A DNA stretch of 59,568 nucleotides, filler included. It is 3 parts of 3 records of this genome, joined end to end, with 100 filler letters (N's around TTAATTAATTAA, not from the genome) between each part and the next. Parts side by side here need not be neighbours in the genome. Positions count along the whole stretch, not along the records: positions 1 to 25,978 come from DRR723986_18377; 2 more parts are not named here. One strand, 5' to 3'. The notes beneath the pieces are model-generated. The model did not search any database. It was given only the letters and a program-made list of their open reading frames with translations, and was not told the DNA's origin. Positions within the stretch are counted from its first letter, which is position 1. Each line of letters opens with the position of its first letter. A program made the translations under genes and the position numbers. Below, piece after piece: positions 8,821-18,723 of this stretch.

Positions 8821-10095
8821 CTATATATTCAGTAGAATTAATCGAGCGGTTTGCCTCGTTTTCTGCTCAAGAATCACTTTTTTATCAACTGTGACTCTTT
8901 TAATAGTTTCATCATCATAATGTCTGATGGTTACCAATTCAAGCGGTTCATTGTACTTAACGATATACTGATCTTCGAAATGATCGACAATCTTATTGAT
9001 GTCTACTCTGTTTTTATCACAGCAAAACGAGAAGCTTACCGCAGAGTTTTGCATGATGTTCATTCTTATGTTTTCTTGATTCAGAAAGGCAAAAATCTCT
9101 TCTAAATTTTCTTCAATTACAAATGAAAAATCCTTTGGTGATAAGGATATCAGGACTTGATCCATCTTGAAAATGAATGAAGGAACTTTGGTATCATCAC
9201 TCTCTGAGCTTTGTATTACTGTACCGGGATTTTTAGGTTCAATAAATGACTTGATATACAATGGAATATTCTTTCTTTTTAAAGGCTGAATGGTTCTTGG
9301 ATGAATTACGGAAGCCCCAAAATAAGCTAATTCAATAGCCTCTCTAAAGGAAATCTTTTCAAGTAAAACTGTATTATCAAACCATTTTGGATCAGCATTT
9401 AACATTCCAGGTACATCTTTCCAAATCGTTACATCAGTAGCATCAAGTGCATAGGCAAAAATTGCTGCAGAAAAATCTGATCCTTCTCTACCTAAAGTAG
9501 TGGTATGTCCTTCGGTCGTGTACCCAATAAAACCTTGTGAAATAGCAATTTTAGATTTTCCTGAAAGACTTGATTGAACAACTTGATTGACTTGGCTCGC
9601 CGTAGAATCCCAATTAATTTTTGCTTCGCGCCATTTGTCATTTGTTGAAATACATGTTCTCGCGTCTATCCACTCTGAATTCATGCCAATGCTCTTTAAG
9701 TAGCCGTGTACAATTTTTGTTGATATGACTTCACCTAGAGATACAATTTGATCATATTCAAAGTTGTAATTAGAAGAAGGTGGCTCCTGACATTTGTTAG
9801 ATAATTCCGTCAACACACCATCAATATCCGCAAGGGCTTCATCCCTATTTCTTTCAAATAATTCTGTTATAATTTCATTGTGAAAAGCTGTCAAATCTGA
9901 TAATAGTTTTTCAAGCTGTCCGTTAGAATGGAAATAAGCATCAAGTATTGCTTCTAAAGCATTAGTAGTTTTACCCATTGCGGATATGATTACTACCAAA
10001 TTATCATTAGGGTATAAATTTAATATGTTGGCTACATTTTTAACTGCCGCCGCATCTTTTACAGAAGCTCCACCAAATTTAAATACTTTTGTCAT
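8821..10095 (-). CDS. lysC: Aspartate kinase
   Basis: VFKFGGASVKDA, SAMGKTTN, TTTLGREGSDFSAA and KDVPGMLNADP. Confidence 0.96.
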   Translation of the reverse strand: MTKVFKFGGASVKDAAAVKNVANILNLYPNDNLVVIISAMGKTTNALEAILDAYFHSNGQLEKLLSDLTAFHNEIITELFERNRDEALADIDGVLTELSNKCQEPPSSNYNFEYDQIVSLGEVISTKIVHGYLKSIGMNSEWIDARTCISTNDKWREAKINWDSTASQVNQVVQSSLSGKSKIAISQGFIGYTTEGHTTTLGREGSDFSAAIFAYALDATDVTIWKDVPGMLNADPKWFDNTVLLEKISFREAIELAYFGASVIHPRTIQPLKRKNIPLYIKSFIEPKNPGTVIQSSESDDTKVPSFIFKMDQVLISLSPKDFSFVIEENLEEIFAFLNQENIRMNIMQNSAVSFSFCCDKNRVDINKIVDHFEDQYIVKYNEPLELVTIRHYDDETIKRVTVDKKVILEQKTRQTARLILLNI

Positions 10096-10208
10096 GCTTA
10101 TTTTTTTGCGAAAATAGTAGGATATTAGTTGTGATAAAACTCAAAGCTAGCAATTCTATTATTTATCACAGCTTGTCAATTATTTGTGAAAATTAATCAG
10201 CTATAATT

Positions 10209-10571
10209 ATGACAGATGGAAATTTACCTATTACCAGTTTAGATCTCAAGACCTATTTTTCACAAGAAGAATTCGTAGTAAAAACTTGCCAGCAAATCAA
10301 CAAGGATATGGTTGGATTAATTCAAAATCCATTGGAATTTAATGTGGATTTGGAGCAAGATGTTTTAGAACAGTTGGTGCGAATAGTAGCACAAAACTTG
10401 AAAAAAATGAGCGATCTCCACTTGCGTCAGTTCATCTACAAAGTTGACATGAAAGAACAAGAATTTGAATCTAATTTGAATCGGCAACTTGGAATTGAAG
10501 ATTTGGCATTTAAGGTAATTAGACGAGAGGCGCAAAAAATCTTTCTTAGGATTAAATTTAGTCAACAGTAA
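10209..10571 (+). CDS. Hypothetical protein
   Basis: 120-aa helical ORF upstream of sucA; C-terminal IRREAQKIFLR resembles conserved Bacteroidota hypotheticals. Confidence 0.7.
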   Translation: MTDGNLPITSLDLKTYFSQEEFVVKTCQQINKDMVGLIQNPLEFNVDLEQDVLEQLVRIVAQNLKKMSDLHLRQFIYKVDMKEQEFESNLNRQLGIEDLAFKVIRREAQKIFLRIKFSQQ

Positions 10572-10644
10572 TATTTGTTTGATTTGGCTCTCAGTGTTTA
10601 GATAATTTTTAGATTTGTATATAAGGGTAGAAATGTAAAAAACC

Positions 10645-13359
10645 ATGGATAAATTCACTTATATTGGAAATAGTGACGTAAATGCAATTGACGATTTATA
10701 TCATAAATATGTAGCAAATCCTGAATCCGTTGATATTCAATGGGCTCGTTTCTTTGAGGGAGTAGATTTCGCTAAAACAGATTTTGAGAATGGAGGTATT
10801 CCAGAAAATTTTCAAAAAGAATTTAAAGTTATTAATCTTATCAATGGTTATCGGACCCGCGGACATTTGTTTACTAAAACAAATCCTGTTCGAGAAAGAC
10901 GTCAATATGAACCTACCCTTGATTTAGAAAATTTTGGATTAGAAGCATCAGATTTACAAACTATTTTTCAGGCGGGTAACGAAGTTGGAATTGGTCCAGC
11001 GACTTTAGAAAGCATTGTTCAGCATCTTGAAGAAACGTATTGTCAGTCTATCGGCATTGAGTATGTCTACATGCGTGAACCAGAGCGAATGCAATGGTTT
11101 AAAGAGAATATTGAGCTTAAGAACAGACCAAAATTCACAGCTGATGAAAAAAGACATATTTTCAAAAAAGTTAGTTCTGCTACCATATTCGAACAATTTT
11201 TGGCAAAAAAATATGTGGGTCAAAAGAGATTCTCAATTGAAGGAGGTGAAGCGTTAATTCCTGCACTAGATGTAGTTATTCAAAAAGCAGCGGAACTGGG
11301 TGTGAAAGAAGTGGTCATGGGAATGGCGCACAGAGGAAGATTAAGTACGCTTGTCAACATTTTTGAAAAAGACCATGTTTCGATATTTAACGAATTTGAC
11401 GGTAAAATTTTTGAAGCGGATGATTCTTTTGATGGTGATGTAAAATACCATTTAGGTTTCTCAACGGAAGTGGATACAGTAAGCGGTAATAAAGTTCAGT
11501 TAACATTGGCACCAAATCCTTCGCATCTTGAGGCGGTTGACCCAGTTGTTCAAGGAATTGCGAGAGCAAAAATTGACGATTATTTAGAGAGCGAAAAAGA
11601 TATTATTACTGTTGCCGTTCATGGAGATGCGGCTATTGCTGGGCAAGGAGTTGTGTATGAAGTCGTGCAAATGGCGCAATTAGATGGATATAGAACTGGT
11701 GGAACGATTCATATTGTTGTGAACAACCAAGTTGGATTTACAACGAATTATAAAGATGCGAGATCTTCAACCTACTGTACAGATATTGCTAAGACTACAC
11801 TTTCGCCTGTTTTTCACGTTAATGGTGATGATGTGGAGGCTGTAGTGCAAACTTTGAGCATTGCGGTGAAATACAGACAAAAATTTAATAGAGATGTTTT
11901 CATTGATCTGTTAGGATATAGAAAATATGGGCATAACGAGGGAGATGAGCCGAAGTTTACTCAACCTAAGTTGTATAAAGCCATTGCAAAACATCCAAAC
12001 CCAAGAGAGATTTATTTAAAACAGCTGATTTCTGAAGGGATTTTAACTGCAGCAGAAGGGAAAAAAATTGAAGAGGACCACATGGCTTCTTTAGATCAAG
12101 CACATACAGATTCTAAAAAACACGATCAAGCTGAAGTAACGAATTTCTTGGCAGATACTTGGAAAGGTTATCGCCATGGAAAAGAAAAGGATTTTGAGGC
12201 TTCACCATCAACTGCTATAGACAAAAAGAAGGCCTTAGAGCTTGGAACAAAATTAGCGACTTTACCTGAAGACCTTAGTTATTTTAGAAAGATTAAAAAG
12301 TTGTTGAACGATCGTCTTGAAATGTTAAAAGATGATAAGTTAGACTGGGGAATGGCTGAAATGTTAGCCTATGCTTCATTACTTGATGAGGGTCACCCGG
12401 TAAGAATTTCAGGACAAGATGTTGAAAGAGGTACTTTCTCTCACCGTCACGCAGTTGTTAAAACTGAGGATGATGAACAAGAAATTATCACACTGAATAG
12501 ATTAAACGATAAGCAAGCTAAATTTCACATTTATAACTCATTGTTGTCTGAATATGGAGTACTAGGTTTTGAATATGGATATTCTTTAGCCACGCCACAG
12601 GGCTTAACAATTTGGGAAGCTCAATTCGGTGATTTTTATAATGGTGCACAGATTATGGTTGACCAATTCATTTCTTCAGGAGAAGATAAATGGTATGTCC
12701 AATCAGGTTTAGTCATGTTGCTTCCTCATGGTTATGAGGGGATGGGTGGAGAGCACTCTTCAGGAAGAATAGAAAGATTTTTACAACAGTGCGCTGACTT
12801 GAATTGGCAAATATGTAATACCACAACTCCTGCGAATCATTTCCATTTGTTAAGAAGACAAATTCACAGAGAATTTAGAAAACCATTAGTTGTATTTTCT
12901 CCCAAGATGTTGTTGAGGTATCCAAAAGCAGTTTCGTCAATTGATGAATTGGCTAAAGGATCTTTCCAAGAAGTCTTGGATGATGATGTGAAAAAAGATG
13001 CTGTTGATACAATTGTACTTTGTTCAGGTAAATTCTATTATGAAGCGAAAGAACAAGCAGAAGAAAGAGGAATTACGAATGCAGCGTTTATTAGATTAGA
13101 GCAAATGTATCCGTTCCCTAAAAAGCAGTTAGATGCGGTTTTAGGAAAGTATAAAAAAGCGAAGAAAGTTATTTGGGCACAAGAAGAACCACAAAACATG
13201 GGGCCATGGTCGTATGTTGCTCTTGAACTAAGAGAGATGAACCTTGATGTGGTTTCTAGAAGGTCATCTGCTGCACCTGCTGCTGGATCAAGTGCATTAC
13301 ACAAGAAAAGATTAGAAGAGTTATTCAACAATCTGTTTGATAAGATTGCTGGCAAATAA
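10645..13359 (+). CDS. sucA: 2-oxoglutarate dehydrogenase E1
   Basis: GQKRFSIEGGE, GMAHRGRL, NPSHLEAVDP, HGDAAIAGQG and WEAQFGDF. Confidence 0.98.
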   Translation: MDKFTYIGNSDVNAIDDLYHKYVANPESVDIQWARFFEGVDFAKTDFENGGIPENFQKEFKVINLINGYRTRGHLFTKTNPVRERRQYEPTLDLENFGLEASDLQTIFQAGNEVGIGPATLESIVQHLEETYCQSIGIEYVYMREPERMQWFKENIELKNRPKFTADEKRHIFKKVSSATIFEQFLAKKYVGQKRFSIEGGEALIPALDVVIQKAAELGVKEVVMGMAHRGRLSTLVNIFEKDHVSIFNEFDGKIFEADDSFDGDVKYHLGFSTEVDTVSGNKVQLTLAPNPSHLEAVDPVVQGIARAKIDDYLESEKDIITVAVHGDAAIAGQGVVYEVVQMAQLDGYRTGGTIHIVVNNQVGFTTNYKDARSSTYCTDIAKTTLSPVFHVNGDDVEAVVQTLSIAVKYRQKFNRDVFIDLLGYRKYGHNEGDEPKFTQPKLYKAIAKHPNPREIYLKQLISEGILTAAEGKKIEEDHMASLDQAHTDSKKHDQAEVTNFLADTWKGYRHGKEKDFEASPSTAIDKKKALELGTKLATLPEDLSYFRKIKKLLNDRLEMLKDDKLDWGMAEMLAYASLLDEGHPVRISGQDVERGTFSHRHAVVKTEDDEQEIITLNRLNDKQAKFHIYNSLLSEYGVLGFEYGYSLATPQGLTIWEAQFGDFYNGAQIMVDQFISSGEDKWYVQSGLVMLLPHGYEGMGGEHSSGRIERFLQQCADLNWQICNTTTPANHFHLLRRQIHREFRKPLVVFSPKMLLRYPKAVSSIDELAKGSFQEVLDDDVKKDAVDTIVLCSGKFYYEAKEQAEERGITNAAFIRLEQMYPFPKKQLDAVLGKYKKAKKVIWAQEEPQNMGPWSYVALELREMNLDVVSRRSSAAPAAGSSALHKKRLEELFNNLFDKIAGK

Positions 13360-13382
13360 ATAATTAAATTAAAAAACAGAAG

Positions 13383-14651
13383 ATGTCTGTATTAGAGATG
13401 AAAGTTCCCTCACCGGGAGAGTCAATTTCAGAAGTTGAAATCGCAATGTGGCTAGTAGCTGATGGCGATTATGTTGAAAAAGATCAAGCAATTGCTGAGG
13501 TAGATTCAGATAAAGCAACTTTAGAGTTACCTGCGGAAGCAGCTGGAATTATAACTTTAAAAGCAGAAGAAGGTGATGCTGTTGCTGTTGGAGCAGTGGT
13601 GTGTCACATTGATACTTCGGCTGAAAAGCCAGCGGATTTCGTGTCTGCTGAAGCCGCACCTGCTGAGGTTGTTGAAGAAGCTGCGCCAGCAAAGACGGAG
13701 GCAAAGCCAAATCCGAATCCAGTTAAAACGGAGGCTCCTAAAAAGGAATCACACGCTACTGGGCATCCCTCTCCGGCTGCTGCAAAATTGATGGCAGAAA
13801 ATGGTGTAGGATCTAATCAAATAAACGGAACCGGAAAAGACGGAAGAATCACAAAACAAGATGTTGTTGCTGCAATGGCAGGTGGTTTTTCTACTGCATC
13901 TGCTGCAGGTTGGGGTGGAACTAGAGAAACCTCTCCTAAGAAGATGTCTATGTTGAGACGAAAAGTTGCTGAGCGATTAGTAGCTGTGAAAAATGAAACG
14001 GCCATGTTAACCACTTTTAATGAGGTTGATATGAAACCCATCATGGATATTCGTTCAAAATATAAGAAGACATTTGGTGAACAGCATGATGTTGGCTTAG
14101 GTTTTATGTCGTTTTTCACAAAGGCAGTAACCGAGGCGTTGAACATGTTTCCTGCTGTTAACGCAATGATTGACGGTAAAGAAATGATTATGCATGATTA
14201 TGCAGATATCGCAATTGCCGTATCTTCTCCTAAAGGATTAATGGTTCCGGTAGTAAGAAACGCTGAACAAATGAGTTTGGCAGATATCGAAAGAGAAATT
14301 AAGAGATTAGCAATTAGAGCGAGAGATGGCGAGTTAACACCAGATGAAATGACTGGAGGTACATTTACAATTACTAATGGTGGTGTATTCGGATCTATGT
14401 TATCAACACCAATCATCAACCCTCCACAATCTGCAATTTTAGGTATGCACAATATTGTTGAGCGACCTGTAGTTGTTGATGGGGATATTGTTGTGAGACC
14501 AATCATGTACGTAGCACTTTCTTACGATCACAGAATTATTGACGGAAAAGAGTCAGTGAGCTTCTTATATAAGGTCAAAGAAATGTTAGAGAATCCTGAA
14601 AAAATGATTTTCGGAGGTAAAGATCCTGTTGAAGTGCTTTTAGGGCTTTAA
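13383..14651 (+). CDS. sucB: Dihydrolipoamide succinyltransferase E2
   Basis: Lipoyl motif EVDSDKA, E3-binding GTGKDGRITK and catalytic YDHRIIDG. Confidence 0.98.
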   Translation: MSVLEMKVPSPGESISEVEIAMWLVADGDYVEKDQAIAEVDSDKATLELPAEAAGIITLKAEEGDAVAVGAVVCHIDTSAEKPADFVSAEAAPAEVVEEAAPAKTEAKPNPNPVKTEAPKKESHATGHPSPAAAKLMAENGVGSNQINGTGKDGRITKQDVVAAMAGGFSTASAAGWGGTRETSPKKMSMLRRKVAERLVAVKNETAMLTTFNEVDMKPIMDIRSKYKKTFGEQHDVGLGFMSFFTKAVTEALNMFPAVNAMIDGKEMIMHDYADIAIAVSSPKGLMVPVVRNAEQMSLADIEREIKRLAIRARDGELTPDEMTGGTFTITNGGVFGSMLSTPIINPPQSAILGMHNIVERPVVVDGDIVVRPIMYVALSYDHRIIDGKESVSFLYKVKEMLENPEKMIFGGKDPVEVLLGL

Positions 14652-14673
14652 TTTTGGGTATTTCGTAACCAGA

Positions 14674-15270
14674 ATGAATTATCATTTGCACTCACTTTTA
14701 ATTTTAGTAGTTACATATTCTAACATTTCACTTTCTCAAGTTTATGCAGATTCAGGGGATTACACCTTTCTTAAAGGTCAAAGTCTATTGAATATTGAAT
14801 TTGAATATGATGGAATGACCGTTGGTAAAAAAACAGAACCTGAATATGTTGACGATAAAATTTATGAGTACAATCAAGAAGAAGAAGATAAAGGTTATGA
14901 ATGGTTTGAAGGATGGGTAAAGGCACGAAAAGAAAGGTATGAACCGGACTTCACTCGTGCACTGCAAATGGAACTTAAGAATGTGAACATTAAAGTTGGA
15001 AACGGTGCTGCTGCAACTTACACTTTGATTGTTAATACCACACATACTGAACCTGGTTTTTATGCAGTTAAGGTTAATCGTCTGGCTCACTGTAATTATC
15101 GCTTTATTTTTAAAGAGAACGAATCGCAAAATGAGTATGAATTTGTTTTAAATGGAGTTTCTCAAGAATTTACTGCCTTTGCACAAGTGGATGTTGTAAA
15201 AAGAATATCACTGTGTTACTTGAAAGCAGGTCGAAAGCTTGGAAGTTTTATTCTTAAATCGATCGATTAG
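14674..15270 (+). CDS. Hypothetical exported protein
   Basis: 198-aa ORF with a signal-like N-terminus and TEPGFY motif. Confidence 0.7.
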   Translation: MNYHLHSLLILVVTYSNISLSQVYADSGDYTFLKGQSLLNIEFEYDGMTVGKKTEPEYVDDKIYEYNQEEEDKGYEWFEGWVKARKERYEPDFTRALQMELKNVNIKVGNGAAATYTLIVNTTHTEPGFYAVKVNRLAHCNYRFIFKENESQNEYEFVLNGVSQEFTAFAQVDVVKRISLCYLKAGRKLGSFILKSID

Positions 15271-15326
15271 AATTCTATTTTTTATTCACAGTAAATGTTA
15301 AAAAGATTCTTTTTAGAAAAGGCTTT

Positions 15327-16418
15327 TTATGCCAAAGCGTAGCGTTTACCAGGCAATGAATTGATAGCACCTTTCATTTCTAAATTAAACAGATGAACAC
15401 TCAAATCTGCGGAAGTCATTCCCGTAGAAATGGCCAAATCATCTGCATTCAAGCTTTTATGTTCAAGGAATAAATCGAATACCACACGTTCAGTTTCTGT
15501 TAAATCATCAAATAATTCTTGATGTGACTCTGCTTCTTTTTCAATCAACTCCCAGTCTAAAACCTTCATCATATCTTCAGCTGACGTTATTAAATGGGCC
15601 TTTGAACGCTTAATTAGGTTGTTACAACCAGATGAGGAATTTCTATCTACGTTTCCTGGAAAAGCAAAAACTTCGCGATTATAATCAAATGCTAGGTTTG
15701 CTGTAATCATTGAACCGCCAGATTCTGAGCTTTCAACTACCACAGTAGCAAGACTTAATCCAGCTACAATTCTATTTCTTTTTGGGAAATTTCCAGGGTC
15801 ACCAGGTACACGTGACATGAATTCTGTCACTAAGCCTCCATTTTCTAACATCCTTTTTGCCAAAGGTCGGTGAGCGGCAGGATACATACTATCCAGCCCA
15901 TGACCCAGCACACCGATTGTTGCAAGGTTATTTCTAATGGCAGCCTCGTGCGCAACTTTATCAATTCCGTGTGCTAAGCCACTGATAATCTGAACATCAT
16001 TTGAGGCTAAGTCCTTGACCAATACTTCACACATTTTTTTGCCATATGAAGTTGATTTTCTTGTGCCAACTATTGAGATGTTTTTTTGATTAAAATTGAC
16101 TTTGCCAAGCGCGTATAGCACAATTGGAGCATCCTCACAATTATTCAGAATTTTCGGGAAATTAACATCCTCGAAATAATACAATTGAACCTGGTTTTGC
16201 TCTATGAATTCAAGCTCCTGCTCCGCTCTGATTAACGTTTTATCCCGATTGATATTTGACAACAATCCCGGTTTGAATCCTTCAATTTTTTCTAAATTTT
16301 TAGTGGATTCTTTAAATACACCTTCTAAATCCCCAATAGTTTGTAACAACAATTTAGAATTAGCCGGGCCAATTCCTGGCAAGGCGCTTAATGCTATTTG
16401 ATAGATTCTATTATCCAC
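15327..16418 (-). CDS. dprA: DNA-processing protein DprA
   Basis: SIVGTR, IISGLAHGID, FPKRNRIVAGLS and C-terminal wHTH (LEMKG...LPGKRY). Confidence 0.96.
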   Translation of the reverse strand: MDNRIYQIALSALPGIGPANSKLLLQTIGDLEGVFKESTKNLEKIEGFKPGLLSNINRDKTLIRAEQELEFIEQNQVQLYYFEDVNFPKILNNCEDAPIVLYALGKVNFNQKNISIVGTRKSTSYGKKMCEVLVKDLASNDVQIISGLAHGIDKVAHEAAIRNNLATIGVLGHGLDSMYPAAHRPLAKRMLENGGLVTEFMSRVPGDPGNFPKRNRIVAGLSLATVVVESSESGGSMITANLAFDYNREVFAFPGNVDRNSSSGCNNLIKRSKAHLITSAEDMMKVLDWELIEKEAESHQELFDDLTETERVVFDLFLEHKSLNADDLAISTGMTSADLSVHLFNLEMKGAINSLPGKRYALA

Positions 16419-16476
16419 ATCACAAACATAAGAAAACAGATTAAAAAATTGTCAACTCAATGACTAAAAAATAATC

Positions 16477-17865
16477 TTAATTTGCATAATTATAGGCAGC
16501 AGTATACCGGTTTAAAACATGAGCATCTAATTCTGCAATTGCCTCATAGAAGTCAGAACTACCTGTCAAGAAGCTATAATCAGAAGTTTCTGTGTTGACA
16601 GAAGTTTCAATTATGCTTTGCCAATAAGCGTATCGATTTTGAGCTGCCGTTGGGTCAAAAATCCCTGAAATGAAGTTGTTGATATGCTGTTTAAAGCTGT
16701 TTTCATAAACAGTATCTGCAGTAATATAGCCAATTAACGGCCAATCTTCAGCGTTTATTTCAGAGAATTCAAAAGAGAGTGCTCCGCCCTGTTTACCTTC
16801 ATCAAATGCCTCGTTATTATCCCATGGAATCCATTTAATTAAATCATCAGAAGGGTCATGATACAAGTAATAATTGTGGGTCATAATTCCATAGGTGTCC
16901 CAATTCTGAATTGTAGTGTTTACTGCCAACCATTTTAAGAAACCATCCACATCAAAAACTGATTCGAGATTCGATCTCCACATTGATGGATTGCTTGTTC
17001 GCGTTTCGGCATGAAGTATTTCGTACATTTCTTGAATATCGTCTTCTCCTGTACCCCCAGTAGTTTTGTTTTCGAAGTCTGTCAAGGAAAACCCAGAAGT
17101 CGCCCATGCTGCTCCGTCACCATCAGGTTTGTAACAATTTCCAGTATTAGTCCCAAACTGATGTTCGAGCGTAGTTTCAAATGCCACTTCTACTGCTGTA
17201 TACAATCCAAAATAAACTGGACCGTCACCATAATCAAGCCACATTTCATAGAAAGCAGTTTCTGGAGCAGGTACTCCAAACTCCCTAAACATATCGCATG
17301 CCACCTTTTCTCTTAAAAATGATTGATCATTGTAGTTGCTGCTCATAGAAAGTGCTGGGAATCCGTAGAATGTTTGACCTGTTATCTGCGGATAATCGGT
17401 AGAGAATTGATCAAACTCAATACGAAAGGGGAGTTTGTTCACGCCTGAACTATAAGCACTAAGGCTCGAGTTTCCTTTATAGCGAATGCCAACATAATAC
17501 CATTCTAAGTCATTAAATTCTATTGAACATGGTATATAAAGTGGGGTTTCATCTGAAAATGAGTCTCCACCTCCTGCACCTCCAGGGCCACCACCACCCG
17601 GACCTGTAGAAGTTGATCCACTGCTGCCATATAAATCTTCCAAATCACTCTGCATATTTTTCCAATCAGATGCTGAAATGGTAATGTCAAAACGATTGAC
17701 TTTGTCTTGTGGGAAAACGGTTGAATAATCGGGGTTTGCATAAGATGAATGGGTACTAAGACTCCAGTCTTCCAAACCATCTCCGGATTCCACAAATGTT
17801 TCTTTGTAGCAGCTGCAAACTGTGATAGAAAGTACGCAAAAAAGTAGTAAGTTCCTGTTGCCCAT
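16477..17865 (-). CDS. CotH kinase family lipoprotein
   Basis: VGIRYKGNSS, KLPFRIEFD, NWDTY...HNYYLY and WIPWDNNEAF; lipobox-like VCSC; Gly-rich linker. Confidence 0.88.
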   Translation of the reverse strand: MGNRNLLLFCVLSITVCSCYKETFVESGDGLEDWSLSTHSSYANPDYSTVFPQDKVNRFDITISASDWKNMQSDLEDLYGSSGSTSTGPGGGGPGGAGGGDSFSDETPLYIPCSIEFNDLEWYYVGIRYKGNSSLSAYSSGVNKLPFRIEFDQFSTDYPQITGQTFYGFPALSMSSNYNDQSFLREKVACDMFREFGVPAPETAFYEMWLDYGDGPVYFGLYTAVEVAFETTLEHQFGTNTGNCYKPDGDGAAWATSGFSLTDFENKTTGGTGEDDIQEMYEILHAETRTSNPSMWRSNLESVFDVDGFLKWLAVNTTIQNWDTYGIMTHNYYLYHDPSDDLIKWIPWDNNEAFDEGKQGGALSFEFSEINAEDWPLIGYITADTVYENSFKQHINNFISGIFDPTAAQNRYAYWQSIIETSVNTETSDYSFLTGSSDFYEAIAELDAHVLNRYTAAYNYAN

Positions 17866-18578
17866 TATTTCTTATTTTTGAAAGTAAAGCTGTATTGTAG
17901 CCCAACTATATTTGTTGTTTTTGGATAACTGATACCTAAATCTCTTTCCATTCGGAAGTATATATCAAGTTCTCCAAATTTCTTGAAGTTATAACCGGTT
18001 CCAATTGTCCATCTGAACTTATCAAAAGAGCCAGTGTACTTCGTAAGGTCCCTAAAAATTTCGGCAGATAGTTTGGGGTCAAACTTCCAGTTTTTTATAT
18101 TGTACTTTAAGCCTACCTTAAATCGTAAATAGTTTTTAGATTCATCACCCTCATCTGAAGTCAGTCCGATTTCATTTTTGTTTTGATATCTTACGCGGTA
18201 TTTGAATGAGAGCCTATCAATTTTATGCTTTAAGGCTAAGTCTGCATTCCATCTAAAATCATTGTCTAAATTATTGTTGTTGTCGCGATCATTGATGTAG
18301 CGAGCTCCTAAACCTATTTCTATTAATTGGATTGGACTCCACCCAACATTAAGTTCTGTTAAAACTTGATCTGTGATAGATGAATTTTGTCTCAATCTAA
18401 GGCCTTGTTCAATTCCAAATTCCCATTTTTTAGATGCTTTATATTTTGCCCCGATAGTGTACCACGATTCAAAATCTTGGGTGACAACGGTTGCTCCGTC
18501 TTGTGCGAATAAGCTTGTTGAGTGAATAATAAAAGCCGCAAGAATGCAGATGCTTTTGAATGAATTAGTTCGAATCAT
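17865..18578 (-). CDS. DUF2490-family outer-membrane beta-barrel
   Basis: Signal peptide, DFESW, alternating beta pattern, YRVRYQ, KYNIKNWKFDP and C-terminal aromatic strand. Confidence 0.78.
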   Translation of the reverse strand: MIRTNSFKSICILAAFIIHSTSLFAQDGATVVTQDFESWYTIGAKYKASKKWEFGIEQGLRLRQNSSITDQVLTELNVGWSPIQLIEIGLGARYINDRDNNNNLDNDFRWNADLALKHKIDRLSFKYRVRYQNKNEIGLTSDEGDESKNYLRFKVGLKYNIKNWKFDPKLSAEIFRDLTKYTGSFDKFRWTIGTGYNFKKFGELDIYFRMERDLGISYPKTTNIVGLQYSFTFKNKK

Positions 18579-18698
18579 TTGAGGACAATTGTAAATTCTT
18601 AGACTACGAATCTACAAAAGGTTTAATCAAAAGAATTAAACTGCTATTTAATCTCGCACAAATTTTATGCCATCCTGGAGTCAACGACATATTTTTCG

Positions 18699-18706
18699 TA
18701 TATTTG
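18699..18706 (+). promoter_or_regulatory. Bacteroidota -7 element TATATTTG for rpoN
   Basis: TAnnTTTG match ending 17 nt before the ATG. Confidence 0.6.
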
Positions 18707-18723
18707 AGTAAGAACAGATACAC

